Part shown: positions 17,727 through 28,301 of the stretch, piece by piece
Layout: each line of letters begins with the position of its first letter
How positions within the stretch are numbered: the stretch's first letter is position 1
Origin: Vitreimonas sp.
GTDB taxonomy: Bacteria > Patescibacteriota > Microgenomatia > UBA1400 > PJMF01
NCBI GenBank assembly: GCA_035627515.1
Contig: DASPLQ010000012.1
Location: 455,269 to 519,268, forward strand
Length of the DNA: 64,000 nucleotides
Reading direction: 5' to 3'
Program-made: the position numbers and the translations under genes
The notes under the pieces: model-generated
Seen by the model: the letters and a program-made list of their open reading frames with translations, nothing else
Told to the model about the DNA's origin: nothing
Database searches by the model: none

Positions 17727-19478
17727 GTGAGAAAAAGCAAAGTTTTAGCAGCTATTGCCATTCTAATCTTGGGATTTGGGATTTGGATTTTAATCTCTCA
17801 AGGTTCCCCTTCCTATGCCATCGACCCCGTCGATGAACTCCAAGGTCAAATTAATGAATTAGCTAATCTCAAAAAACTGTCTGAAGATGCTACAAAACCG
17901 CTGGAGCAAGAATTAAAAAACCTTGACACGCGGATTAAAAATGCTGAAGCTAGTATTGCCCGAGCCAAGAAACAAGCGTCAGATCTAGCTGCTAGTATTG
18001 AAAAGCGAGAAAAAGAATTAGCGGTGCAGTATCAAATTCTCAGTCGGCGGATTGGTGAGCAGTACAAACGATCTCGGACAGCTTCACCATTCCTCATTTT
18101 TTTGAGCAGTGCCGATGCCACCCGTTTGACTCAAGACTTAGCGTATCGTGACTCTATTAAGGCTCAGGATAAGCGCATTATCGAAGATATGGGGGGAGAT
18201 ATTACCCAACTGGAAAAAGACAAAGCCAAACAAGAAAGTGACCAGGTTCGGTTAGCAGCCTTAGAGAAACAACTAGAGGAACAAGCTGGTTTTTTCGAAA
18301 AAGAAATTGCTAAGGCTCGCTCCTATCAGCAAGAATTAAGTGGCAAAATTGCTGCCTTGTCTGCCCAACAACAATCAATTATTAATGCTCGGTCAGGAAC
18401 CTTCATCACCTCAGTGGGTGAGGTGCCGTTAGCCGATGACTTTAATGCTTCAATTGGTTTTAAATCTCAAGCTCCTGGCAACTCATTTGCAGTTTTTAGT
18501 TTTGGCGCATACACGCATCGCAAAGGCATGAGTCAGTATGGTGCCAGAGCGCGGGCGGAAGCGGGGCAATCAGTGGAGGAAATTCTTAAAGCCTACTACC
18601 CCGATGCCACACTCAAAAAAGACTACTCAGCCATGGGCGAAATTGACGTCCAAGGTCACGGCAGGATGAGTTTTGAAGATCGGTATTTGCAAGGTATTTA
18701 TGAAATGCCCGGTGGTTGGCACAGTAATGCTTTGAAAGCCCAAGCTATCGCGGCACGAACGTATGCCATCAAATATACAGACAACGGCAAAAAATCGATT
18801 TGTACCACTGAAGCCTGTCAGGTGTTTAAAAACTCCAAAAAAGGAGGCGAGTGGGAAAAGGCCGTCAATGAAACAAAGGGCTGGGTGTTAGTTGATGGTG
18901 GCGGTAATCCCGTCTCCACGCAATATGCTTCTACTCACGGGGGTTATGCTACAACTTCTGGTTGGGACACCACTGATAAATCAAATAGTGGTGATTGGAG
19001 TAGTCGCTCATGGGAGAATAAAGCCAAATCGCCTTGGTTTTACAAGTCTTGGTATCGGCAAGCGTATTCTTCGAGTAGCAGCAGTTGTGGGCGGCCTCAC
19101 CCATGGCTGTCACAAGAAGAGTTCTCTGATATTATCAATGCCTGGATTGTACGGAAAAATCCTAACGGGGCTGATGTCAGTCGCATTCAACCGGTGACAA
19201 TCAATCAATGTAACGTGGGTGGAAGTGGTGGCAATCCATACTCTATGGAGGAACTGCGTAATTTAGCTAATGGTTCGGGAGGAGCTGTCACCAGTGTGAG
19301 CTCAGTCAGCGTCAGTCACAACGGGAGTGCTCAGACCGACACCGTCACCTTGCAAACCAACCGCGGCGAAATTAAAATTCCAGGCAGTGAGTTTAAATCC
19401 ACTTTTAATTTGCGGGCACCGGGGTATATTTCTATTCCGCAAAGTAGTTTTGCCTTCTTTAATATAGAAAAGACGTAG
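17727..19478 (+). CDS. Membrane-anchored coiled-coil protein with a SpoIID/LytB domain (peptidoglycan-remodelling).
   Basis: N-terminal TM, coiled-coil of about 200 aa, then SpoIID-like motifs GMSQYGARARAEAG and SNALKAQAIAARTYAIKY. Confidence 0.6.
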   Translation: MRKSKVLAAIAILILGFGIWILISQGSPSYAIDPVDELQGQINELANLKKLSEDATKPLEQELKNLDTRIKNAEASIARAKKQASDLAASIEKREKELAVQYQILSRRIGEQYKRSRTASPFLIFLSSADATRLTQDLAYRDSIKAQDKRIIEDMGGDITQLEKDKAKQESDQVRLAALEKQLEEQAGFFEKEIAKARSYQQELSGKIAALSAQQQSIINARSGTFITSVGEVPLADDFNASIGFKSQAPGNSFAVFSFGAYTHRKGMSQYGARARAEAGQSVEEILKAYYPDATLKKDYSAMGEIDVQGHGRMSFEDRYLQGIYEMPGGWHSNALKAQAIAARTYAIKYTDNGKKSICTTEACQVFKNSKKGGEWEKAVNETKGWVLVDGGGNPVSTQYASTHGGYATTSGWDTTDKSNSGDWSSRSWENKAKSPWFYKSWYRQAYSSSSSSCGRPHPWLSQEEFSDIINAWIVRKNPNGADVSRIQPVTINQCNVGGSGGNPYSMEELRNLANGSGGAVTSVSSVSVSHNGSAQTDTVTLQTNRGEIKIPGSEFKSTFNLRAPGYISIPQSSFAFFNIEKT

Positions 19479-19481
19479 TCC

Positions 19482-20600
19482 ATGTCCCGTTTGCTGAACT
19501 TATCATTGACCTATTTTCGCAATCACTTGCACTCACAGTTTCATTTTGAGACTTTAAACACGGTTATTATTGCTCCCAATGCGGAGGGAAAAACGTCGGT
19601 ATTAGAAGCGATCCAGTTACTAGCGACTGGGGAAAGTTTTCGGGCTGACAAGGTAGAAGAGATGGTGACTTTTGACCAGGAACTGGGCAGAATCAAAGGC
19701 ACGGTGGAGTTGCAGCGAAGCGATCAAACCAACCTCGATTCTGAAGATCAGGAACGAGTGGAGCTAGAAGTGATCGCGACCCGAGGTATGGTCCAAGGTA
19801 AAAAAACTCAGGCTCGGCTGTACGCTGTCAACACTGTCCGACGTCGAAAAAAAGATTTTATTGGTCACTTTTTCACGGTTAGTTTCCGGCCAGAAGATAT
19901 GCGGTTGATGGAAGGATCACCTGGTAGACGGCGCACGTTTATGGATACACCACTGGGTTTGCTGAAGCCAAGTTATAGTGAGTCATTATCCATTTACGAT
20001 CAGGCCTTAAAGCGCCGAAATAAGTTATTACAAAGTGTGCGAGAGGGTGAGATGCCGGCTTCTGTTTTAACGTATTGGAACTTGCAGCTGATTAAACATG
20101 GTGAGTTGATACAAAAACAGCGCCGCGACTTTCTGGACTTTTTTTCTGGTGTTGATTTCCCATTAGCATTTAGTATTGAGTATCAACCCTCGGTGATGAG
20201 TGCAGAGCGAATTCAAGAGTACCTCGATCGTGAGATTGCTGCCGGTCATACCTTAATTGGACCGCACAAAGATGATTTTATGGTTTTGCTAAAAACGCAA
20301 CTTAGTAGCATGCCAATGGATATTAGTTTATACGGCTCACGTGGCCAACAACGGATGGCGGTGCTATGGCTCAAAATTGCTGAGCAACGTTTTTTGGAAG
20401 AAAAAGGGGGCAAACTGCCCGTCTTATTACTAGATGATATTTTGTCGGAACTAGATGAACAAGCTCAGGACAGAGTCCTATCATTATTTGGCAAAAATCA
20501 GGTCATTTTAACTACCACCGACGAAAATGTGGTAGCACGTATTAAAACTATCGTTTCACAACTGACGGTTCTCAAATTGGACACTGAGATGAGAAAATAG
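19482..20600 (+). CDS. recF: DNA replication and repair protein RecF.
   Basis: Walker A-like IAPNAEGKTSVLEAI. RecF D-loop/Walker B LPVLLLDDILSELDEQ. Length 372 aa. Confidence 0.8.
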   Translation: MSRLLNLSLTYFRNHLHSQFHFETLNTVIIAPNAEGKTSVLEAIQLLATGESFRADKVEEMVTFDQELGRIKGTVELQRSDQTNLDSEDQERVELEVIATRGMVQGKKTQARLYAVNTVRRRKKDFIGHFFTVSFRPEDMRLMEGSPGRRRTFMDTPLGLLKPSYSESLSIYDQALKRRNKLLQSVREGEMPASVLTYWNLQLIKHGELIQKQRRDFLDFFSGVDFPLAFSIEYQPSVMSAERIQEYLDREIAAGHTLIGPHKDDFMVLLKTQLSSMPMDISLYGSRGQQRMAVLWLKIAEQRFLEEKGGKLPVLLLDDILSELDEQAQDRVLSLFGKNQVILTTTDENVVARIKTIVSQLTVLKLDTEMRK

Positions 20601-20611
20601 CGCTGAATCAT

Positions 20612-21445
20612 ATGAATAATGTCACCCACTACTTACAGCAACTGACAGTACCTGATCCCAGCTCACATAAGGGGCAGAATGGTAAACTGTTACTTATTGG
20701 CGGCTCTGAGTTGTTTCACGCGGCTAGCCGCTGGAGTTTAGAAGTTGCTTCCAAGTGTGTAGACATGGTTTTTTATGCTTCAGTCCCTAGTAATAATGAT
20801 TTGATCCGCGAAGCCAAGGCCAACTTCTGGAACGGAATTGTGATTGAACGTGAGGAGATAGAAGCGTACTTAACTGAAGCTGACTGTGTTTTGATTGGTC
20901 CAGGCATGACGCGGACTGCTGATACTACCGAAATTACTAATCATCTTTTGCAAACCTATCCTCACAAAAAGTGGGTCATTGATGCGGGAGCTTTACAAAT
21001 GGCTGACCCTCACCTGTTTAATGAACAGATGATTATCACACCACATACAGAAGAGTTTGTCAGAGTCATGACCCACCTTGATCCAAGTTATCAAAGTAAA
21101 ACTGAGGTAACAATTGCCGATATTCAAGTTGCCAGCCGACAACTGAATAATGCAACTTTGTTGCATAAAAGAAAAATCGACGTGGTGGCTAATGCCACCG
21201 AGGGAGTCATGGTAGAAGGCGGTAATGCCGGCATGACTAAGGGGGGTACCGGTGATGTGTTAGCAGGTCTTGTGGCTGCCTTGTACTGTACTCATGATGC
21301 TATGACAGCTGCCGTGGTAGGCAGTTACATTAATAAAAAAGCTGGTGATGCGCTCTATAAAAAAGTGGGCCCGTACTTCAATGCCACAGACTTAGTAGCA
21401 GAAATTCCTCAGACTTTGTGGTCCGAGCTGAATTCATTACCCTAA
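20612..21445 (+). CDS. ADP-dependent NAD(P)H-hydrate dehydratase (Nnr/YjeF C-terminal carbohydrate-kinase domain).
   Basis: GKLLLIGGSELFHAASRW, VIDAGAL and the phosphate-loop TKGGTGDVLAGLVAAL. Confidence 0.7.
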   Translation: MNNVTHYLQQLTVPDPSSHKGQNGKLLLIGGSELFHAASRWSLEVASKCVDMVFYASVPSNNDLIREAKANFWNGIVIEREEIEAYLTEADCVLIGPGMTRTADTTEITNHLLQTYPHKKWVIDAGALQMADPHLFNEQMIITPHTEEFVRVMTHLDPSYQSKTEVTIADIQVASRQLNNATLLHKRKIDVVANATEGVMVEGGNAGMTKGGTGDVLAGLVAALYCTHDAMTAAVVGSYINKKAGDALYKKVGPYFNATDLVAEIPQTLWSELNSLP

Positions 21446-22087
21446 TAAATCATAAAGATACGTAAGCATCCGATATTCATCGGTGCCGTCATCAAGCCCG
21501 GTGCCCACCCAAAAGCCCTCAGTGGGCAGCTGTAAAAGAGCATAGGTAGGTAGATAAAGAGACTCGGTTTTTAATTTTCTTTGGTACAGTGAAGCGGTAG
21601 TAATAGCTTGGGCTTGTTCGGACACTAAGCGGTTGACAATGTACGCTAATGTTCGACCCGTATCATTGATATCATCTAAAACCAAAACTGGCCTGCCAGC
21701 CACTGGCTTATCAACCCACTGAAGCTTGTCAGAATTGATCTCACCGAATTGTTTTTGTTCTTTGGTGGCGGTGGTGACACGAATTGGTTCAGCTACTAGC
21801 TCTTTATTAAAGACTCTTAATAAGCGATAAAAATACTCGGCGCCTTTGAGGTTGTACAAAATTCTGGGATTGTGAATTAATATCCCTGGCAAGATACTTT
21901 CAGCAAACCACTGGGCAGCTGCCATTACATCAGTCGCTTCGATGTGGCGACGGAGCTTAGCATGTGGATATTTGTAAGCATCAACTTTAGCAGGGGCTTC
22001 ACTTTTGACCGGATAAATACCATCAGGACTAGAGTAAGGAGAGTAAATTGAGCCGTTTAATTCTTTAATTAAAAGAGGTGCACTCAT
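21437..22087 (-). CDS. Type I phosphoribosyltransferase-domain protein.
   Basis: PRPP-binding motif PVLVLDDINDTGRTL. Confidence 0.55.
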   Translation of the reverse strand: MSAPLLIKELNGSIYSPYSSPDGIYPVKSEAPAKVDAYKYPHAKLRRHIEATDVMAAAQWFAESILPGILIHNPRILYNLKGAEYFYRLLRVFNKELVAEPIRVTTATKEQKQFGEINSDKLQWVDKPVAGRPVLVLDDINDTGRTLAYIVNRLVSEQAQAITTASLYQRKLKTESLYLPTYALLQLPTEGFWVGTGLDDGTDEYRMLTYLYDLLG

Positions 22088-22401
22088 GCAGCTTTCTGAT
22101 CTCGGTTATTTTTTTTTAAGACTTTTTCATTGAGAGCTTCTAACTTACGTTGCACCGCACTCAACTGAGTGGTGATTAATACCGCCAAGACTGTCATAGC
22201 TATTGCATAAATTAACAATGAAATCATGCCACTATTTTTGCCTAAATACGGATCAATATACTCGGCCACTGCTTTTTGAATGACTTCATTCCAGGCCAGG
22301 GCAACGACTACGCCAAACCCACTAGTAGCTAAAGTGACCATATTATTAACAATACTGAGAGGCATTTCTTTGAGGGAAGCGGGAGTTTTAATATCAGGCA
22401 T
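22084..22401 (-). CDS. Small hypothetical membrane protein.
   Basis: 105 aa, two hydrophobic helices. Start overlaps the downstream gene by 4 nt. Confidence 0.35.
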   Translation of the reverse strand: MPDIKTPASLKEMPLSIVNNMVTLATSGFGVVVALAWNEVIQKAVAEYIDPYLGKNSGMISLLIYAIAMTVLAVLITTQLSAVQRKLEALNEKVLKKNNRDQKAA

Positions 22402-22484
22402 ATAAGGGTAATAAATCGTTAGTGCTAGGCGTATTATAAACTATAAATTCCCTGCACTTTTTGCGGGAATTGGGGTAGAATGAG

Positions 22485-22540
22485 GTAAGTAATTGAGTAA
22501 CTTAGTAATTAAGTAACTCGTGATGAATAAATTACTCAAC
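22485..22540 (+). promoter_or_regulatory. Period-8 AGTAA repeat (4 direct units, spacer, then an ATTACT inverted unit) immediately upstream of the Fic gene ATG.
   Basis: gtAAGTAAtt gAGTAAct tAGTAAtt aAGTAAct cgtgatgaataa ATTACTcaaccc ATG. The same motif recurs at 33703-33789 and 50374-50409. Confidence 0.5.
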
Positions 22541-22542
22541 CC

Positions 22543-23634
22543 ATGTTCACTCCCACCTTTAATATCACCAATAACCTTCTGACCTACATTGCTCGTATCG
22601 AAGCGGCAAAATCCATGATTGATCATGCACCGCTGGTGCCAGCCTGGGAAGCAAAATTTCGAGATGAAGCTTTAGCTCGCACGGTCCATTTTGGGACCAA
22701 AATCGAAGGGAATGACCTGACCAAAGAACAAGCCCAGCAAGTAGTGCGTTTAGAGAGTTACTTGGATACGCAGGAAGTGGCACAGAAAACGGGCATCACG
22801 GCTCGTGAACGCGACATCCAAGAAGTCATTAATTATCGTAATGTGATTGTATGGATAGATCAACAGGATTTGAGTAATTCTCGCCGTTTATTTTCGGTAG
22901 ATACACTGAAAATGTTGCATACCTTGACTATGCAACGTTTAATTGATGAAAAGTATGTGGGACAGTATCGTGATAAACAAGTAATTGTTAAAAGCGCGAC
23001 TCATGGTCAAATAGTGTTCCGCCCTCCGGTGTCTGTGGAAATTCCTTATTTAGTAGAAGATTTTTTCACCTGGCTTAATGATGGTGACTCACAATTAATT
23101 CACGCCATTTTTAAAGCAGCCATCACTCATTACCAGTTGGTTTATATTCATCCTTTTATTGAAGGCAATGGTCGTACCGCTCGTGCCATGGCAAGCTTAG
23201 TTTTGTATGCTTCACAATATGATTTCAAACGCTTTTTCTCGCTGGAGCAGTATTTTGATGCCGATGTCGACCAATATTACCAAGCCCTGTTATCGGTTCA
23301 GCAAAGTCAGAATAATGACATGACCTACTGGTTGGAGTATTTTTGTTATGGCCTAGCGATTGAGATTGATAAGGTGAAGCAACAAGTACTTAAACTATCC
23401 AAAGATCTAAAATTAAAACAACAACTGGGTGAACAAGTAGCGTTATCAGAACGACAAATTATTTTATTAGAAATGTTACAAAACCAAGGTGAAATTACTT
23501 CGCAAGATGCCCAAACGGCGTTGCCCAATGTCTCTGTGGATACCATCTTACGTGATCTCAAAGATTTAATTACGAAACGCGTCATTGAAAAATCCGGTGT
23601 CACCAAAGGGGTGAAATATCGGTTGCGCGAGTAG
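22543..23634 (+). CDS. Fic/Doc family protein with a C-terminal winged-helix region.
   Basis: Canonical Fic motif HPFIEGNGRTARAMASLVL. 363 aa. Confidence 0.85.
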   Translation: MFTPTFNITNNLLTYIARIEAAKSMIDHAPLVPAWEAKFRDEALARTVHFGTKIEGNDLTKEQAQQVVRLESYLDTQEVAQKTGITARERDIQEVINYRNVIVWIDQQDLSNSRRLFSVDTLKMLHTLTMQRLIDEKYVGQYRDKQVIVKSATHGQIVFRPPVSVEIPYLVEDFFTWLNDGDSQLIHAIFKAAITHYQLVYIHPFIEGNGRTARAMASLVLYASQYDFKRFFSLEQYFDADVDQYYQALLSVQQSQNNDMTYWLEYFCYGLAIEIDKVKQQVLKLSKDLKLKQQLGEQVALSERQIILLEMLQNQGEITSQDAQTALPNVSVDTILRDLKDLITKRVIEKSGVTKGVKYRLRE

Positions 23635-23668
23635 ATAGCTAACTAGAAAGTATCTGCCCCATACTACT

Positions 23669-25462
23669 ATGCACTTTACAGCTTTTGCTGCTCATTTAGA
23701 AAAACTAGAAGCCACTGCTTCACGGCTCAGTTTGGCAGCTCTACTTGCTGAGTTATATCAGGAACTACAGCCAGCAGAGATCCAGCCCGCTTCATACTTG
23801 CTTCAAGGTTCATTAGTGGCGGAGTACGAATCATTAGAATTTCAGCTCTCAGACAAAATGGTGATCAGAGCGCTAGCTCGGTTGGTGGCAACTCGCGGTA
23901 CAACTTCCAGTGCCACCCAAAGTGATTTATTTGGTGAGAGTGAAGTCAGTGATGCCGAACAACAAGTCGCGGCTTGGTATAAAGAAACAGGAGACTTAGG
24001 TTTAGTTGCGCTCCGTCTCGGTGAAGGCAACGCGAGTGAAATCACGCTCTTAGATACGTATCAACGGTTGCAAGCGATCGCCCAGGAAAGTGGTGCTGGT
24101 TCCCAAGAAAGAAAGCTGCAAGGTTTGGAAGATTTATTATTGCAGCTAGATGCCATTGGTCGCAAAGTAGTTGTCAGAATTATTCTGGGTAACTTGCGCC
24201 TAGGATTTTCCACGATGACGATGCTTGATGCTTTGTCATGGGCAGTCACGGGTGGCAAAACTGAAAATAAAATGCTCGAAACAGCCTACCAAAAGAAAGC
24301 TGATATTGGGGCTTTGGCGGCTGCTTACTTAACGGCATGGCGTGAAGGAGCAGATGCTGCCGCGCGGGCCACTTTGCTGAATGAGTACTCAGTGGCGGTA
24401 GGTGTACCGGTGCTGCCTGCCTTGTGTCAGCGGTTAGAATCGGCGGCAGAAATTATTGAAAAGATGGGTGAAGTCATAGCGGAACCTAAATATGATGGGG
24501 TCCGTGTGCAAATTCACATTATTAAAAAATCTGCTCAGTCTGCATCCTCAACTATCAAAACCTTCACTCGGTCGTTAGAAGAGAACTCTCATCAGTTCCC
24601 AGAATTGTGGTCGATCATTGATGATTTGAAGTGCCAGTCGTGTATTCTAGATGCCGAAGCGATTGGGTTCGATAAGGCCACCGGCAAGCTGTTACTATTT
24701 CAAGACACTATCACTCGTAAGCGCAAACACGGAGTGGAAGAGCGAGCTTCTGAAATTCCATTACGCTTCTTCGTCTTTGACATCATCGAGTTAGATGGTC
24801 GTTCGCTTTTAGACACGCCACTGCAAGAAAGAAAAGAAGCATTGGAAAAGCTTTTTCAAGATAATGAGACCATTCAGCACACACCCTATATTGTGACAGA
24901 GATACCCGAAACTTTACGCGAATTTCACGAAGCGCAATTAGCTGAAGGTTTAGAAGGCGCGGTGATTAAACAACGCTATTCGGGTTACCAAAGTGGACGT
25001 AAAGGATGGAGCTGGGTGAAGATTAAAGAAGCTGAAGGCACCACGGGTAAGTTGCGTGATACGGTCGATTGTATCGTGATGGGTTACTATGTGGGTCGAG
25101 GTAAACGAGCCGGGTTTGGCTTAGGTGCCTTTTTAGCTGGAGTTCTCAATGAACAAGGGATAGTCAAAACTATTGCTAAAGTTGGAACTGGTTTGAGTGA
25201 TGAGCAGTTTGTACAGCTCAAACAACGCACTGAGTCTTTACGCAGTGATGAGCCCCCAGCTGTCTATGATGTCGCCAAAGCTCTCCAACCTGATGTGTGG
25301 TTGAAGCCAGAAGTCGTCGTAGAAATTGCTGCCGATGAGCTGACCGTTTCACCAAATCATACTGCGGGATGGGCACTTCGCTTTCCCCGCTTGGTGAACT
25401 TTAGAGAAGATAAGACTTGGGCTCAAGCCACTACTATCGATGAAATAAAACAACTGGTATGA
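23669..25462 (+). CDS. ATP-dependent DNA ligase.
   Basis: Adenylation motif I EPKYDGVRVQIH with the catalytic Lys. Motif EGAVIKQ. About 600 aa, ligase-like length. Confidence 0.8.
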   Translation: MHFTAFAAHLEKLEATASRLSLAALLAELYQELQPAEIQPASYLLQGSLVAEYESLEFQLSDKMVIRALARLVATRGTTSSATQSDLFGESEVSDAEQQVAAWYKETGDLGLVALRLGEGNASEITLLDTYQRLQAIAQESGAGSQERKLQGLEDLLLQLDAIGRKVVVRIILGNLRLGFSTMTMLDALSWAVTGGKTENKMLETAYQKKADIGALAAAYLTAWREGADAAARATLLNEYSVAVGVPVLPALCQRLESAAEIIEKMGEVIAEPKYDGVRVQIHIIKKSAQSASSTIKTFTRSLEENSHQFPELWSIIDDLKCQSCILDAEAIGFDKATGKLLLFQDTITRKRKHGVEERASEIPLRFFVFDIIELDGRSLLDTPLQERKEALEKLFQDNETIQHTPYIVTEIPETLREFHEAQLAEGLEGAVIKQRYSGYQSGRKGWSWVKIKEAEGTTGKLRDTVDCIVMGYYVGRGKRAGFGLGAFLAGVLNEQGIVKTIAKVGTGLSDEQFVQLKQRTESLRSDEPPAVYDVAKALQPDVWLKPEVVVEIAADELTVSPNHTAGWALRFPRLVNFREDKTWAQATTIDEIKQLV

Positions 25463-26625
25463 GAATTGCCTTTTTTACTGATACCTTTTTCCCCGCTCAT
25501 AATGGTGTCTTAAGTTCTGTAGTTAACTTTGCCAATGGTTTAGTGATGGCTGGTCACCAAGTATTGATTTGCGCACCTCGTCATCCTCAAGCCCAAAGTA
25601 TGGAGTGGGGATTATTACCAGAAGTAAAAGTCTGTTTAGTAAGGGCATTACCCTTGCCAGTTTATCCTGACTATTGTTGGATGATGCCTACGCCTGGTCT
25701 CTTTGAAAAACTCGATGAATTCCAACCTGATATTATTCATACTCATAGTCCTTTAATCGCGGGTTGGATTGGGTTGCGGTATGCCAAAAAACATCACCTG
25801 CCGATCGTGACATCGTATAACGTCAACTTTACCAATCAAGAGCTGATTAAAATTTTGCGAATCACCCCCATGAAAGTGACGCGCTTGATTCACAAACCAA
25901 CCATCAAAGCTGCGGCTAAATTTTATCAATGGCATAACTTGGTCTTGGTACCCACCTTGAGTGTCAAAGAAAGTTTGACTCCTGCTGCAGTGGACAGCCA
26001 AGTTTGTCCCATCCCGGTGCCCGTCACCGAGCTGCAAGCGGCCCGAGGTGGCGGACAAATCTTACGCCAGTCACTCAATGCTCAGCCCAGACTATTATAT
26101 GTGGGTCGTTTGAGTTTAGAAAAAAATCTCGACGCATTGCTGCAGGTTTTTGCTGCCGCTCACCAGTTGTTGCCAGCTTTAGAATTGGTGATTATTGGTG
26201 ATGGTCCCTTGCGATCTCAGTTAGAAACCCGAGCTGAAGAGCTCGGTATCAAAGATCAGGTGAGATTTAAAGGTGCCATTCCGTATAAAAAACTTATTAC
26301 CGAGGGCTGGTTTTATGTGGGTGATGTCTTCATTACGATGTCTAAATGTGAAACACAAGGCTTATCGACGGTAGAAGCCATGGCGTGTGGTTTGCCGGTG
26401 ATAGCGGCTCAGGCTGAAGGTAATACTGATGTAGTAGCGGGGGCAGGTTTATTACTAGCTGATGAAACTCCGGCCAGTGTGGCTAAACAGATTGTTGAAT
26501 TAGTAACCGATACAAAATTGTATCGCCACTATCAACAGCTCTCACGCATAAGAGCAGCAGAGTATTCGCTAGCGACGTGTACCCAACGTTTAATTACGTT
26601 ATACAGCGATTTGCTAAGTCGCTAA
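25459..26625 (+). CDS. Glycosyltransferase family 4 (GT-B fold).
   Basis: MRIAFFTDTFFPAHNGV N-terminus. EGLSTVEAMACGLPVIA C-terminal motif. Confidence 0.75.
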   Translation: MRIAFFTDTFFPAHNGVLSSVVNFANGLVMAGHQVLICAPRHPQAQSMEWGLLPEVKVCLVRALPLPVYPDYCWMMPTPGLFEKLDEFQPDIIHTHSPLIAGWIGLRYAKKHHLPIVTSYNVNFTNQELIKILRITPMKVTRLIHKPTIKAAAKFYQWHNLVLVPTLSVKESLTPAAVDSQVCPIPVPVTELQAARGGGQILRQSLNAQPRLLYVGRLSLEKNLDALLQVFAAAHQLLPALELVIIGDGPLRSQLETRAEELGIKDQVRFKGAIPYKKLITEGWFYVGDVFITMSKCETQGLSTVEAMACGLPVIAAQAEGNTDVVAGAGLLLADETPASVAKQIVELVTDTKLYRHYQQLSRIRAAEYSLATCTQRLITLYSDLLSR

Positions 26626-27824
26626 CTGTTTTTAGCAATTATTTCTGATACCAGTTTCAACAATGTTGCTCGGGCGGCATCATTAAAAGCTGCCATCTTT
26701 TTAAGTGGGGCTTGGTACTCAGCTAGTACTTTAGGATGAGTAATCAAGCGTTCCAGTTTGTGATGAATTTTAAACAAGCGCTCTTCCACTAACCCCAGTC
26801 GGTATTTTTTGATGAGTTCTAAATTGCCATCTTCTTGGCCAGCGATATGGGTGATCGCGAAAAAGGGTGTCAAAGTTTGTGCTGCTTCGAAAATGGTGTT
26901 AGGGCCGGCTTTGCCCACCACAATATCCGCCGCCATCATGTACTCGTGCATATTTTCCACAAACGGGAGAACTACTAACTTAATACTTGAGCTAAAGCCG
27001 GCTAAAATGTGCTTGGTTTTTTTAAGCGATTGATACAACATTTTATTTTTGCCGCACACTAAAATGACTTGGAGGGGCTGGGTAGTTTGCACCAGCAGGG
27101 GTAAAATTTTGAGGATGAGCGCCGAGCCTTCTGAGCCAGAAGCAATCAAGAGAGTGAAGGTATCAGGATCGAGGCCTAGCTGGTCTCGAAAGTAGGGAGT
27201 AGACTGAGTGCGCTGGAATTTTTGACGAACCAGCCAACCTCCAACTTCATAGTGACCACCCGGTTCGAGTTCTTGGCAGATACGGAGTGCGTGCTCATCA
27301 AAAACTAAATTCACCCGCGCTTCTGGGGCAATATGCATGGGATGAATGCTGACAGGATCAGCTAACACATTGATGAATGGCACACCAGTCCGCTGCTGGT
27401 ACGCCTCCAAAGCAGGGTTATACATGAAGTATGTGCTGAGGCATAAATCAGGTTTGACCTTATTCAGAAAGCGCTCAATCCGCTTTTGAGTACGTCGCAA
27501 AAAAAGCTTCTTAATAGTGGGTAAAGTAAGGGCATTTTTAGAGAGGGCGAAAGGGATTTGATTGGCAATCGGTAAGAATTGATAAATGGGTTTATAAATC
27601 GAGAACCACGGGTCTTCAAAATGAAAATGCTCGATGTGATATTGATTAGACAAGATCTCTTGAGCAGCTTGACCAATGCTGAGATGTCCTTGGGGGGCAG
27701 TCAACAGCGCAATAGTTGGTTTTGTTTTCACACCTGGCATTATACTAAAGCCTGATAGAATTAGGGTATGAAAGTGATTGTTGGCCTGGGTAATCCCGGT
27801 GCTGAATATCGAAATACCAGACAT
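26622..27824 (-). CDS. GT28-family glycosyltransferase (MGDG-synthase / UgtP / MurG-like).
   Basis: Two-domain GT-B layout. LLIASGSEG...VILVCGKN and MAAADIVVGKAGPNTIFEA resemble the MGDG_synth N-terminal plus Glyco_tran_28_C arrangement. Confidence 0.5.
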   Translation of the reverse strand: MSGISIFSTGITQANNHFHTLILSGFSIMPGVKTKPTIALLTAPQGHLSIGQAAQEILSNQYHIEHFHFEDPWFSIYKPIYQFLPIANQIPFALSKNALTLPTIKKLFLRRTQKRIERFLNKVKPDLCLSTYFMYNPALEAYQQRTGVPFINVLADPVSIHPMHIAPEARVNLVFDEHALRICQELEPGGHYEVGGWLVRQKFQRTQSTPYFRDQLGLDPDTFTLLIASGSEGSALILKILPLLVQTTQPLQVILVCGKNKMLYQSLKKTKHILAGFSSSIKLVVLPFVENMHEYMMAADIVVGKAGPNTIFEAAQTLTPFFAITHIAGQEDGNLELIKKYRLGLVEERLFKIHHKLERLITHPKVLAEYQAPLKKMAAFNDAARATLLKLVSEIIAKNS

Positions 27825-28301
27825 AACGCCGGCTTTTTAGCGATAGATGAAATTGTGGCTAAAAGACCTGACCTGAAGTACACCAACTCTAAAAAGTGGG
27901 TGGCTGAAGTTTGGCAGGGTCCGGAATTATTATTGATCAAGCCGCAGACTTTTATGAATAATAGTGGCCAAGCAGTCCGAGCTATCATTGAGTACTATCA
28001 TAAATCTTGGTTAGCTCATCACTCAGAACTCAAAAATCTGTACGTGATGCATGACGATCTAGATTTAGAGTTAGGTCACGTTAAGGTGCAGTTTGATAAA
28101 GGCCCGAAAGTCCACAACGGTTTATTGTCATTGGAACAACATTTAAAAACCTCAGCCTTCTGGCATGTACGAATTGGGATTGATGGGCGCCAAGGAGACC
28201 GCAGTTTGCCAGGTTCGGCATATGTGTTACAAGCTTTTCAAGCTGAGGAATGGTCACGCTGCAAACCAGCTTTGACCACTGTCTTAGATCAAATCTTATG
28301 A
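27768..28301 (+). CDS. pth: Peptidyl-tRNA hydrolase.
   Basis: MKVIVGLGNPGAEYRNTRHNAGFLAIDEI. HNG motif present. Confidence 0.9.
   Translation: MKVIVGLGNPGAEYRNTRHNAGFLAIDEIVAKRPDLKYTNSKKWVAEVWQGPELLLIKPQTFMNNSGQAVRAIIEYYHKSWLAHHSELKNLYVMHDDLDLELGHVKVQFDKGPKVHNGLLSLEQHLKTSAFWHVRIGIDGRQGDRSLPGSAYVLQAFQAEEWSRCKPALTTVLDQIL

Noticed and set aside
22485-22540. AGTAA short tandem repeats considered as a possible CRISPR array or minisatellite.
   Set aside because: Units are only 8 bp with no spacer-sized unique inserts. The three loci are promoter-proximal. No cas genes are in the window.
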